A stretch of 64,000 nt of DNA from Pseudomonadota bacterium (GTDB lineage Bacteria; Desulfobacterota; Syntrophia; Syntrophales; UBA8958): assembly GCA_030057915.1 (NCBI GenBank), contig JASGUC010000004.1:30561-94560 (forward strand), read 5' to 3'. This document shows positions 46,245 to 55,100 of this stretch, in pieces; the first letter of the stretch is position 1, and each line of letters starts with the position of its first letter. The notes under the pieces are model-generated. The model ran no database searches. It worked only from the letters and a program-made list of their open reading frames with translations, and was not told where the DNA came from. The position numbers and the translations under genes were made by a program.

Positions 46245-47237
46245 TCACGGCAGTCTCAGACGCTTCACCTCCCCGTGTTTTCCCAATACGGGGAGCGGCT
46301 TTCCCTGGACGAAGACCTGGACCCCCCCGGCGTTGCCAATGGTGACCAGGAAGTATTCCCGGGCCGTGCGTTCCATGACGTCATCCTTCATCAACATCAA
46401 TTCCTCCGCCTTGCCGCCGTCGCTGGCGATCCGGAGCCAGGTCCTCTCCGTGGCCGTGATGCGCAGCCGTTGAGGCGCCGTCGCGGCCCCGGTCGGGGTT
46501 TCCGGGGCGGCCCGGACGGCCGCCGGGACGCCGGGAGGACTCGTGGCGGACCGCCCGGCCAAATTCGGGTCGGCGCCCGTCGAGACCCGCGGCAGGGGCA
46601 TGTCCGCCGGCGCGGCGCCCGGGGGCGCCGGCGGACCGGGCGCGATCGCCTGCCCGGCGGCCGGCGGAGCGGTTGGGGATGCCGCCGGCAGGCTGTCGGG
46701 CGGGGTGACGACGGCCGGCTGAACAGGCGGCGGGGAAGCGACGCCGTCCGCTCGTTCCTGGTCTTTCGCCGGCGGGACGGCGCGATCGTCCCAGGCGGAC
46801 AGGAGAAAAGAGGCCGCGATGCCGAGGACGATCAGCCCGATCAGCATCAGGACCGCACGCCGGAACCTCGGGCCGCCGGCCCGGACGGACGTTTCTTTCC
46901 CCGTCGTCTCGGTTTTCCCCTCCGGCGGGGAGGCCGAAGCCGCCGCCGGTTTGTTCGCCTCTTGCAGATAGTCGGAATAACGGCTCAGGATGGGCAGCGC
47001 ATCCACGCCGATGAACTCGGCGTAGGACTTGATGAAGTTCCTGGCGTAAACGGGTTCCGGCAGCCGGCGGAATTCGCCCCGCTCTATGGCCTCCAGATTG
47101 GCGAGGGTGATTTTTGTCGCGGCGTTGATGTCATGGAGCGTGAATCCTCTTGCCTCTCTGATCCGGGCGAGGTCAAGGGCGCCATCTTCCCTGTTGACGC
47201 CGCCGCCGTCTTCTGTTAACTGTCTCCCGTTTGCCAT
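46245..47237 (-). CDS. rodZ: RodZ-like cytoskeleton protein (HTH + TM + Pro/Ala-rich linker + DUF4115-like C-terminal domain)
   Basis: LARIREARGFTLHDINAATKITLANLEAIERGEF and PEPVYARNFIKSYAEFIG, one TM segment, a PA-rich linker, and C-terminal TWLRIASDGG...FLVTIGNAGGVQVFVQGKPL. Confidence 0.85.
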   Translation of the reverse strand: MANGRQLTEDGGGVNREDGALDLARIREARGFTLHDINAATKITLANLEAIERGEFRRLPEPVYARNFIKSYAEFIGVDALPILSRYSDYLQEANKPAAASASPPEGKTETTGKETSVRAGGPRFRRAVLMLIGLIVLGIAASFLLSAWDDRAVPPAKDQERADGVASPPPVQPAVVTPPDSLPAASPTAPPAAGQAIAPGPPAPPGAAPADMPLPRVSTGADPNLAGRSATSPPGVPAAVRAAPETPTGAATAPQRLRITATERTWLRIASDGGKAEELMLMKDDVMERTAREYFLVTIGNAGGVQVFVQGKPLPVLGKHGEVKRLRLP

Positions 47238-47324
47238 GGCCTGCCCCGACGTCTTTCTTCAACGTGCCGGCCGTCGAAGTCTGATTTGTTCAATCGGTGA
47301 AAAGATCGCCCTCCTAACCAGTGA

Positions 47325-47455
47325 GAGGCCTTTGAAAAACGCCGCCTCGGGCCCCTGTCGTCATGCCGACGCAAGCCGGAAGGCGGTATTCTCAAGAAGT
47401 TCCGACCCCCGAATCCCGCGGAGGCGACGGGAAAGCGTGGATTGTCAAAGGTCTC
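47325..47455. repeat. ~131-bp terminus-sharing repeat element
   Basis: Begins GAGGCCTTTGAAAAACG and ends GATTGTCAAAGGTCTC. Confidence 0.55.
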
Positions 47456-47544
47456 GATGATGGGACGGCGCCCCTGCTTTCAGATGTGGTCGGGATTGAT
47501 GAGAATCCGAACGGTATTGGCAGGCTAACATCTTCTTCGTTTCA

Positions 47545-48378
47545 ATGCAACAGGTTTCGATAATGGAAGAGAGAAACGCAACGCCCGATGGGGCCGCATA
47601 TTTGGAGGATGCCCGAAGTATGGCGTCCGCGGCGGGCGGGTATCTTCGCCTGCACCTGCGGGACCGGCGCCATGTCCGGTTCAAGGGAGCGATAGATATC
47701 GTCACGGAGGCGGACCTGGCGGCGGAGAAACTGATCGTGGACAAGATCCGGTCGCTCTATCCGGGACACGATATCCTGGCCGAGGAGTCTCCCGCCACCA
47801 GCCTCGGCTCGCCATTCCGCTGGATCGTCGATCCTTTGGACGGGACGACCAACTACTCCCACGGCTATCCGGTTTTCTGCGTATCCATCGCCTTGGAGAT
47901 ACAAGGGGTTTGCGTGCTGGGGGTGGTATATGACCCCATGCGGGAGGAGATGTTCACCGCGGTGAAGGGTCAGGGCGCGTTTTTGAATGGCGAGCCGATT
48001 ACCGTATCCCGGACGGAGGAGATATCCCGGAGTCTGCTTGCCACGGGTTTCCCCTATGACATCCGTTCCAGCTCCGAAAACAACATGAATTATTTCTGGG
48101 TGATGGCCATGAATGCCCAGGCGATACGCCGGGCCGGATCGGCGGCCCTGGATCTGGCATATGTGGCCGCGGGCCGCTTCGACGGTTTCTGGGAATTGAA
48201 GTTGAAACCCTGGGATATGGCCGCCGGCTGTCTTCTGGTCAGCGAGGCGGGGGGGCGGGTAACGGATCTGCGCGGGGGAGACTTTGTCCTTGACGCCCCC
48301 CATGTAATGGCGTCCAACGGCGCCATCCATGCCCGGATGCTGGGACTCCTCGCCGCCGCCCCCCGGGCCGTCGGCTAA
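47545..48378 (+). CDS. suhB: Inositol monophosphatase family protein (SuhB-like)
   Basis: Motifs ILAEES, WIVDPLDGTTNY and KPWDMAAGCLLVSEAGG. The start could instead be ATG 47563. Confidence 0.88.
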   Translation: MQQVSIMEERNATPDGAAYLEDARSMASAAGGYLRLHLRDRRHVRFKGAIDIVTEADLAAEKLIVDKIRSLYPGHDILAEESPATSLGSPFRWIVDPLDGTTNYSHGYPVFCVSIALEIQGVCVLGVVYDPMREEMFTAVKGQGAFLNGEPITVSRTEEISRSLLATGFPYDIRSSSENNMNYFWVMAMNAQAIRRAGSAALDLAYVAAGRFDGFWELKLKPWDMAAGCLLVSEAGGRVTDLRGGDFVLDAPHVMASNGAIHARMLGLLAAAPRAVG

Positions 48379-48494
48379 CTGGCGAATCCTCCTGGCGATG
48401 TCACCTTATCTGCCTGTTTTTATGGATGTTCCGCTCGATGCGACGGGAGTCGCGGGCCGGGTGTGATTTAGGTCACGGCAACTTGAAATAATTC

Positions 48495-48523
48495 TTGACT
48501 TTCAGAATTAACTGGCATTTAAT
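48495..48523 (+). promoter_or_regulatory. Putative sigma70-type promoter ahead of the cohesin/dockerin-like cluster
   Basis: TTGACT, 17-nt spacer, TTTAAT, in a locally AT-rich patch about 60 nt upstream of ATG 48585. Sequence match only. Confidence 0.35.
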
Positions 48524-48584
48524 CGGGCCGTAAGGAAGAAGAAGAGGATCACCAAGCCGCTGCTCGGAGGCCGCTGCGCGGGGT

Positions 48585-48995
48585 ATGAAAAGAACAAGCG
48601 CCCTGTTGAACCTGATGCTGGTCATGGCGATCGTTGTCGCCGCCTTCCCGGCGGGCAACCGAGCGTTGGACCTGAATCGCGACAATCGCATCGACCTGGG
48701 CGAGACCATTATTCAGATTCGTCATTTTGCCCGTTCCGCCGAACATCCCGATAGATTCGCCCCGTCCTTGGAAAACGCCCTGACGGCGCTGCAGGTCGCC
48801 GCCGGCCTGAAGCAGGCGATCAGCTCCAAGGACTCGCCCCAGGCCTCGCCTCAACAGCATTTCCTTCTTGTCTATTTGGCGCCGACTGGACAGTTGACGG
48901 CGCCGATGGATGCCCATCCCAACATCGACAAGACAGATCGAAAACCGACATCGGTTGCCTCCCGGCCCGAAACACCCCCCCCGCGTTTCGCGTAA
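48585..48995 (+). CDS. Small secreted protein with one dockerin/EF-hand-like Ca-binding segment
   Basis: Signal peptide MKRTSALLNLMLVMAIVVAAFPAGNRA. The loop DLNRDNRIDLGE has acidic or amide residues at positions 1, 3, 5, 9 and 12 and is followed by the helix TIIQIRHFA. A second helix reads ALTALQVAAGLK. Confidence 0.65.
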   Translation: MKRTSALLNLMLVMAIVVAAFPAGNRALDLNRDNRIDLGETIIQIRHFARSAEHPDRFAPSLENALTALQVAAGLKQAISSKDSPQASPQQHFLLVYLAPTGQLTAPMDAHPNIDKTDRKPTSVASRPETPPPRFA

Positions 48996-49092
48996 CAACG
49001 TGCCATAAAGGGCGGCGGAATGCCGCCGTCCGGTCTTATAGTTTGTTTTCCCGAACAATCAATATTTTATACCCCACGAAGGGAGGCGAATC

Positions 49093-51462
49093 ATGAAATA
49101 TAAGAAGTCGTTTTTGTCCTGTTTTGCGATCGTGGCGGCGTTGCTTTTCGGACTGCTCGCGCCGGCATGGTCCGCCACCGCCCCCGTCCTGGATCTGGTT
49201 CCCAACGGCAGCGCCGTCTTCAGCGCCACGAAGCAGGTGGAATTCAGCCGGGGCAGCGATTTTTATCTAAACGTTACCGTGGACAATATCAACAATATCG
49301 CCGGGGCGGCCTTCACGATCAATTACGATGCCACCTACCTGGAGCCACCGGTCATCGACACGGCAGGTCTTTCCGAAGGCATCAGCTCCCCGCTCTTCAC
49401 GACCTTCACCGATACCCGGGGGACGTCCAACGTTACGGAAACGGTCCGCCGGGGCGGCCAGGGAGTGGGGAAGATCCTCCTGAGCGGCGCCATGATCGAT
49501 TCCTCCACGGGAGGCGCGAAGGTCAACCCCGACAGCAATGGCGTCCTCTTCAAGCTGAAGTTCAAGGTAAAGGAGAATGCCCCCTACAATACGCCCTTTG
49601 CCGTCAGCCTCACCGCGACGACGCTTAACAACACCGCCGCGGGCTATGCCGCGGGCGGCGAGGCGATCCCCCTTCTTGTCGGCGCCGTGGACAAGAGGGA
49701 CCCCAACTGGGGAAACCTGACGGCGGCCTTCCCGGTCCTGCTGGCCTCCCTGGTCCAGCCCCTGTCCCTGTCCTGTAGTGTCGTCGAGGCGCGGACAAGG
49801 ATTCAAGGAGAGATTTCCTATACGGGCAAGCAGGGGGGTACTCTGAAGGTCGGGGCCTACCGGGACAGCGCCCTCACCCAGTTCGTCGAGGGAAGCGGCT
49901 ATTCCGTCGCCTGGCCGGGAACGGGGACCCAGACCTATACGCTCTTCCTGCCCCGGGCCGGCAATTATTACGTGGGCGCGTATATCGACAGCCCGATGCC
50001 CAACGGCAGCGCCGCGAACAACCAGAAGGACGCCTGGGAGGCCCAGGGTCAGTTTGCCTCGGCCATAACCGTGGCCGCCGACGAGACGGTTACGGGCAAG
50101 GACTTCACCCTGGTCGATCCGGATACGGGCGGCGTGGGGCTGCCGGACTGGTGGCGCCTGAAATACGGCGTAGGCGCCGACAACGCCGCGAAACTCGCTT
50201 CGCTCAACGACCGCAACGCGGACTACGACAAAGACGGCTATTCCAACCTCGTGGAATACCAGGGCTACAAGGCGGATGGTACGGGGATGAATCCCACGAC
50301 GGTCCAGGAGGCCCCCGGCGGCTCGGGTTACAACGCCGCCACGGACAACCGGAACTACAATATCGCCGGGACCGTTTATTATACCGGGACCCAGACGGGA
50401 ACTCTCTACGTCAAGGGGTTTGCCGCTTCCGACGTCACCTTCCAGACCCCGCTGTGCGCCGCAACTCCGGCAGTCTGGTCCGGGACGAGCAAGGCCTACA
50501 CCATGTCATGCCGGAACGGTTCCTATGTTGTCCGGGCCTTCATCAACCCCAACGGCCAGGATGTCGTGGACAGCAATATGCCCCAGGGTGTCTCCACGCC
50601 GGTGACCCTGGCGGGAACGGCCCTCAACAACGTAAATCTGACCTTGATCGGTAATGAGCCGACTCAAAAGGTTTACACCAATCCCGCCAATCCTTCTGGA
50701 CGCTCCGGTGGCAGCTTCAGTATGGACGTGATGTACGATACCTCCGACCACAATCAGACTCTGACCGGTCTGGGTCTCCGCATCCACTACGATCCGACGA
50801 AGGTGACTTTCGACAGCTTCAGCAATGTCCTGTCTTCCGGCAACCCGACGCAGGATTCCACCCCGATGGATGATACGCTCGACTACGACAATGATCCAGC
50901 GACGACAAAATACCTGACTATTGCCTGGTCTGATCTCAACGGCGCCTGGCCGGGAACGACCCTCCCCCTGAGGCTTTACACCGTCAAATTCAATGTGCCC
51001 ACCGGTCTGGCGGACAATGTGACGAGCGCCATAAGGTTCAGCGTCAGCTCCAAGGCCGCCGGTTATCTCTTCTCCTATACACCGGCCCTGTTCAAGGTTC
51101 AGTCCTTCAACTATGACGTTGACGCCAATGCCGTGGCCGACGCGCTGACGGATGGTCTGCTGGTCATCCGTTACCTCTTTGGGTTCACTGGGGATACCCT
51201 TATCGGCAAGGCGGTAGCCACTGATGCGACGCGGAAGACGGCAACGGACATCGAGACCTATCTCCAAGGCGGTTTGACCTTGCTGGATGTGGACGGTAAT
51301 GGTGCGGCCGACGCGCTGACGGATGGTCTGCTGGTCATCCGTTACCTCTTTGGGTTCACTGGGGATACCCTTATCAGCAAGGCGGTGGCCACGGATGCGA
51401 CGCGGAAGACGGCAACGGAAATTGAAGCTTACATGCTTCAGTTCATGCCTCCCCAACAATAA
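49093..51462 (+). CDS. Secreted modular protein: cohesin-like 1, Ig-like, TSP3-like linker, Ig-like, cohesin-like 2, two dockerin-like segments
   Basis: Signal peptide ending APAWSA. FYLNVTVDNINNIAGAAFTINYDATYLE (cohesin-like). DPDTGGVGLPDWWRLKYG...NADYDKDGYSNLVEYQ. LTGLGLRIHYDPTKV...DYDNDPATTKYLTIAWSDLNGAWPG. Two copies of D(A/G)N(A/G)xADALTDGLLVIRYLFGFTGDTLI. Confidence 0.8.
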   Translation: MKYKKSFLSCFAIVAALLFGLLAPAWSATAPVLDLVPNGSAVFSATKQVEFSRGSDFYLNVTVDNINNIAGAAFTINYDATYLEPPVIDTAGLSEGISSPLFTTFTDTRGTSNVTETVRRGGQGVGKILLSGAMIDSSTGGAKVNPDSNGVLFKLKFKVKENAPYNTPFAVSLTATTLNNTAAGYAAGGEAIPLLVGAVDKRDPNWGNLTAAFPVLLASLVQPLSLSCSVVEARTRIQGEISYTGKQGGTLKVGAYRDSALTQFVEGSGYSVAWPGTGTQTYTLFLPRAGNYYVGAYIDSPMPNGSAANNQKDAWEAQGQFASAITVAADETVTGKDFTLVDPDTGGVGLPDWWRLKYGVGADNAAKLASLNDRNADYDKDGYSNLVEYQGYKADGTGMNPTTVQEAPGGSGYNAATDNRNYNIAGTVYYTGTQTGTLYVKGFAASDVTFQTPLCAATPAVWSGTSKAYTMSCRNGSYVVRAFINPNGQDVVDSNMPQGVSTPVTLAGTALNNVNLTLIGNEPTQKVYTNPANPSGRSGGSFSMDVMYDTSDHNQTLTGLGLRIHYDPTKVTFDSFSNVLSSGNPTQDSTPMDDTLDYDNDPATTKYLTIAWSDLNGAWPGTTLPLRLYTVKFNVPTGLADNVTSAIRFSVSSKAAGYLFSYTPALFKVQSFNYDVDANAVADALTDGLLVIRYLFGFTGDTLIGKAVATDATRKTATDIETYLQGGLTLLDVDGNGAADALTDGLLVIRYLFGFTGDTLISKAVATDATRKTATEIEAYMLQFMPPQQ
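51136..51419 (+). repeat. Near-perfect 113-nt direct repeat, copies 171 nt (57 codons) apart, encoding the two dockerin-like segments
   Basis: GCCGACGCGCTGACGGATGGTCTGCTGGTCATCCGTTACCTCTTTGGGTTCACTGGGGATACCCTTATC... at 51136-51248 and 51307-51419, differing at only a few positions. Confidence 0.9.
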
Positions 51463-51551
51463 ATTAAAATTATCAGGCATTGACAATCCGGCGTCTTTTG
51501 CGGACGCGAAAGGCGCCGGAAACCAAAACACCGAAATGAAGGAGTCTTGAG

Positions 51552-52082
51552 ATGAAGATAAAAGTGATCAAATCGCTTGGTTTTATCGCCGTTGCCCTTG
51601 CAGTTGTATTCCTCGCCTCCGGCGTTCAGGCCGGCACTCAGTCAGTTGTCATGTCGCCGGGTAATTTGTCGCTTGGGCCGGGGCAGACTGGGGAAATTAC
51701 CTTGAGTTACAATGTAACCTCCGGTCCGTCAAAGACAACAGGCTTGGGAATTAGGATTTGCTATGATTCCAGAGTAATTGAAAAAATTAGCATCGAAGAT
51801 CCATATGGCGAAGGACTTGTCGCTGTTGATGCCGCGCCGGTGGCGGACAGCAAGAATATTGATGAGGTCTTGATTACGGATCAGCATATCGGTGCCGCTT
51901 GGGTGGGCGTGGCCGGAGACTGGCCGGCGATGATGAAACTGCCCGTGCAATTGGGGAAGATCGTTGTCAAGGTCCGGGCAGACGCGGAAGCAGGGAAGAC
52001 GACGGTAGTGAAGATTACGGCCAGTGGTTTGCCGGTGGGTTATACCCTCGATGCGGGCATGACGACAATAGTGGTCAAATAA
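51552..52082 (+). CDS. Secreted single-module cohesin-like protein
   Basis: Signal peptide ending [22 protein letters not shown]...[14 protein letters not shown]...[12 protein letters not shown] matches the signatures of modules in the two neighbouring genes. GAAGGAG RBS. Confidence 0.7.
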   Translation: MKIKVIKSLGFIAVALAVVFLASGVQAGTQSVVMSPGNLSLGPGQTGEITLSYNVTSGPSKTTGLGIRICYDSRVIEKISIEDPYGEGLVAVDAAPVADSKNIDEVLITDQHIGAAWVGVAGDWPAMMKLPVQLGKIVVKVRADAEAGKTTVVKITASGLPVGYTLDAGMTTIVVK

Positions 52083-52125
52083 TTGGATATGCATATTTGC
52101 TGGTGGAAACAATAGGGGGATTAAA

Positions 52126-55100
52126 ATGAGAGCGTTCAAGAGAAGATGGCTGCAGTTTGTCGTAATCGCCTTGGTCTTGCTGCTGGGTGGTGTGGCCTAC
52201 ACACTATTTGCGGCGGCGAACCAGACGATCAATCTTGTTCCCACAACAACCACGCCCAATGTTGGAGACAATTTCTCCGTGTCCGTCCTTTACAACGTCT
52301 CGGATGGGGAAAAGGAATTGACGGGTATTGGCTTCCGCGTCCATTTTGACTCTAAGAAGGTCAATTACGTCAATTATTCAAATCATTTTACCAAGAGTCA
52401 GATGGGCGTTCAGGTTCAGGACGATACCGCGGATTACGACAACGACCCGACAACGGATAAATTTATTTTGGTAGCCTGGGCGGATACCAACGGACAGTGG
52501 CCGGGTACTGATCAGACCCTGCCGCTCGAATTGATAAAATTCAATTATTCGGTGAAGACGGGTCAGGTGGCCAGCAGCTCGAATATCAACGTCAGCAAAA
52601 GGAATACCTCCGCGGGCTATGGCTTCGTCGGGACCAACACGAAAATCGATATCAAGGTTCCCCCCGGCACCATCACCGGGACCATCTCCGGCGCATACAA
52701 GAGCGGGCCCATTTATGTCGGCGCCTACTCCGACGCCCAGTTGACGACGCTGGTCAAGGGGACGACTATCAACGCCCTGGGGGCTTACACGATCGCGGAC
52801 ATCACGCCCGGAGACTATTATGTTGCCGCCTTCAACAGCGTGGACAGCTCCGGCGTCCGTAAACCCACCGATCCGGCGGGGGCCTTCGCCGGGAATCCCG
52901 TCACCGTGGAATCGGGAAAAACAGCGGACAAAAAGGATGTGGTCCTCAAGCAGGCCACCTTGACGATCTCGAAGGCGGGCAATCCCGCCACGGTAAATCT
53001 CGGCGGAGAAATCACCTACACCATCACCTATAAGAACACCGGCACGGCGGCGGCGAACAACGTTGTCATTACCGACACCATCCCGGCGAATACGAGCTTC
53101 AAATCGGCTTCCGACGGCGTATCCCCTGCGGGCGGCGTAGTTACCTGGAATATCGGCACTGTTGATGCGGGTGTAGAGGGCCAGCGGCAGTTGGTCGTCA
53201 CGGTGGCAAACAAGCTGCCGGACCAGACCAATATCGCCAATTCCATTTACAGCATCACGAGCGATCAAACAGGCAAGGTGGAAGGCGCCCAGCCCGTCAG
53301 TACGAAGGTGAACGCCCCGGTCCTCACCGTGGATAAGGTGGCGCCTGTCAGCGTCAAGGCGGGCGGCGAGATTACTTATACAATCAACTACAACAACACG
53401 GGTAACATGGCGGCGACGGGGGTGGTGATTGTCGATACCATTCCGGAAGACACCACCTATGTGGCCAATTCCGCAAGCAACGGCGGCGTCTATGACCCCC
53501 AGGCCAAGACGGTTACCTGGAATATCGCCAGCCTGGCGGCCAATACCAGCGACAGTGTTTCCTTTAAAGTTACGGTGAAGACACCGCTGGCCGACGGGAC
53601 GAAAATCACGAATGCCGCCTACAGCATCCAGAGCACCCAGACGGCGCAAGTGAAGGGCCAGTCCAAAGAGTCAACGGTGGAGAGTAAGCCGGAATTTCAA
53701 CTGACCAAGACGGCGACGCCGAATCCGGTCATCATCGGTAAGGAGCTGACCTATGAACTGACGGTGACCAATGTAGGCACCGCCAATGCCACGGGGGTGG
53801 TGATCCGCGACACCGTGCCCGCCAACACAACCTACAAGGCCGGTTCCGCCTCCGACGGCGGCACCGAGAGCGGCGGGGTGGTGACGTGGAACCTCACCGA
53901 CGGCCTCGCCATGGGGGCCACTAAAAAAGTCACCTTTAAGGTCACCGTGGGTGACGCCCTTTCGGACAAAGCGAAGATCAAGAACGAGACCTATAGCGTG
54001 ACCTGCACCCAGGGGGCCTCGAAAGCCGGCCAGGCCGTGGAGGTGGAGGTCATCCGCCCCGTCCTCGGGATCGCCAAGACGGCTGACAAGACATCGGTGA
54101 ATATTGGAGACACCATTACCTATACGATCACCTACACGAACACGGGGAGCGCGGATGCCCTGAATGCGGTGATAAAGGAGAAGATTCCCGACAACGCGAC
54201 TTATGAGTCTTCCACGCCTTCGGGGACTTACGATAATGGGACGCGGACTGTGACCTGGACGTTAGCCAAGGTAGACAAGACGTCGGGTCAGGGGACGGTA
54301 TCCGTGACAGTGCGGGTGGCGGCTCCCGGGCTGGTCAATGGCGCGCTCATCGTGAACGACACTTACAGCATTCATTCGGAAGAGATCAAGACCCCGGTTC
54401 AGGGGGCAAAGGTGGAGACCCCGGTCAACGCCCCCGTCCTGGCCCTTACCAAGGTGGCGGCGGTCGTCATCGGCCAGACCCTCACGCCGGTGACGGAAGT
54501 CCCCAGCGGCGATGATCTGACCTACATCCTCACCTATAAGAACACTGGTGGCATGGACGCTACCGGCGTCGTCATTACGGATAAGATTCCGGCCAAGACG
54601 ACCTTCGTATCGGCGGACAACGGCGGCGTCCTCAATGCCGGGACGGTGGAGTGGAAGAACCTCACCATCAAGGCCGGAGAAACCAAGACCGTTTCCTTCA
54701 AGGCCACGGTCGGAGGACTCAATGGGGATGTCATCGTCAACGACACCTTTGCTATCGCCAGCAACCAGACGGCTTCCGTGAAGGGCGGGCCGGCGACGAG
54801 CACCAAGGTGGTGGCCAAACCGATCCTCAATATCAATAAAACGGCGGACAAGGCAGCGGTAATTGCCGGTCAGAACCTTGTCTATACAATAACTTACAGC
54901 AACACAGGCAACGCCGATACGGCGAACGTCGTGATCAGCGACACCCTGCCGGCGAATGTAACCTTTGTCTCCGCATCGGACGACGGACAGACAAAGGACG
55001 GCGTGGTCACCTGGGCGATCGGCGCCCTGGCCAAGAAGACGGAGAAGACCGTTACCCTCACCGTGAAGGTGAACGCCGACGTCGCCGACGGCGGCAGTGT

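Noticed and set aside
51463-51551. Imperfect hairpin CCGGCGTCTTTTGCGGACGCGAAAGGCGCCGG after the 789-aa gene as a terminator
   Set aside because: The stem has mismatches and no following T-tract. The next gene has its own RBS 89 nt downstream, so read-through within one operon is more likely.
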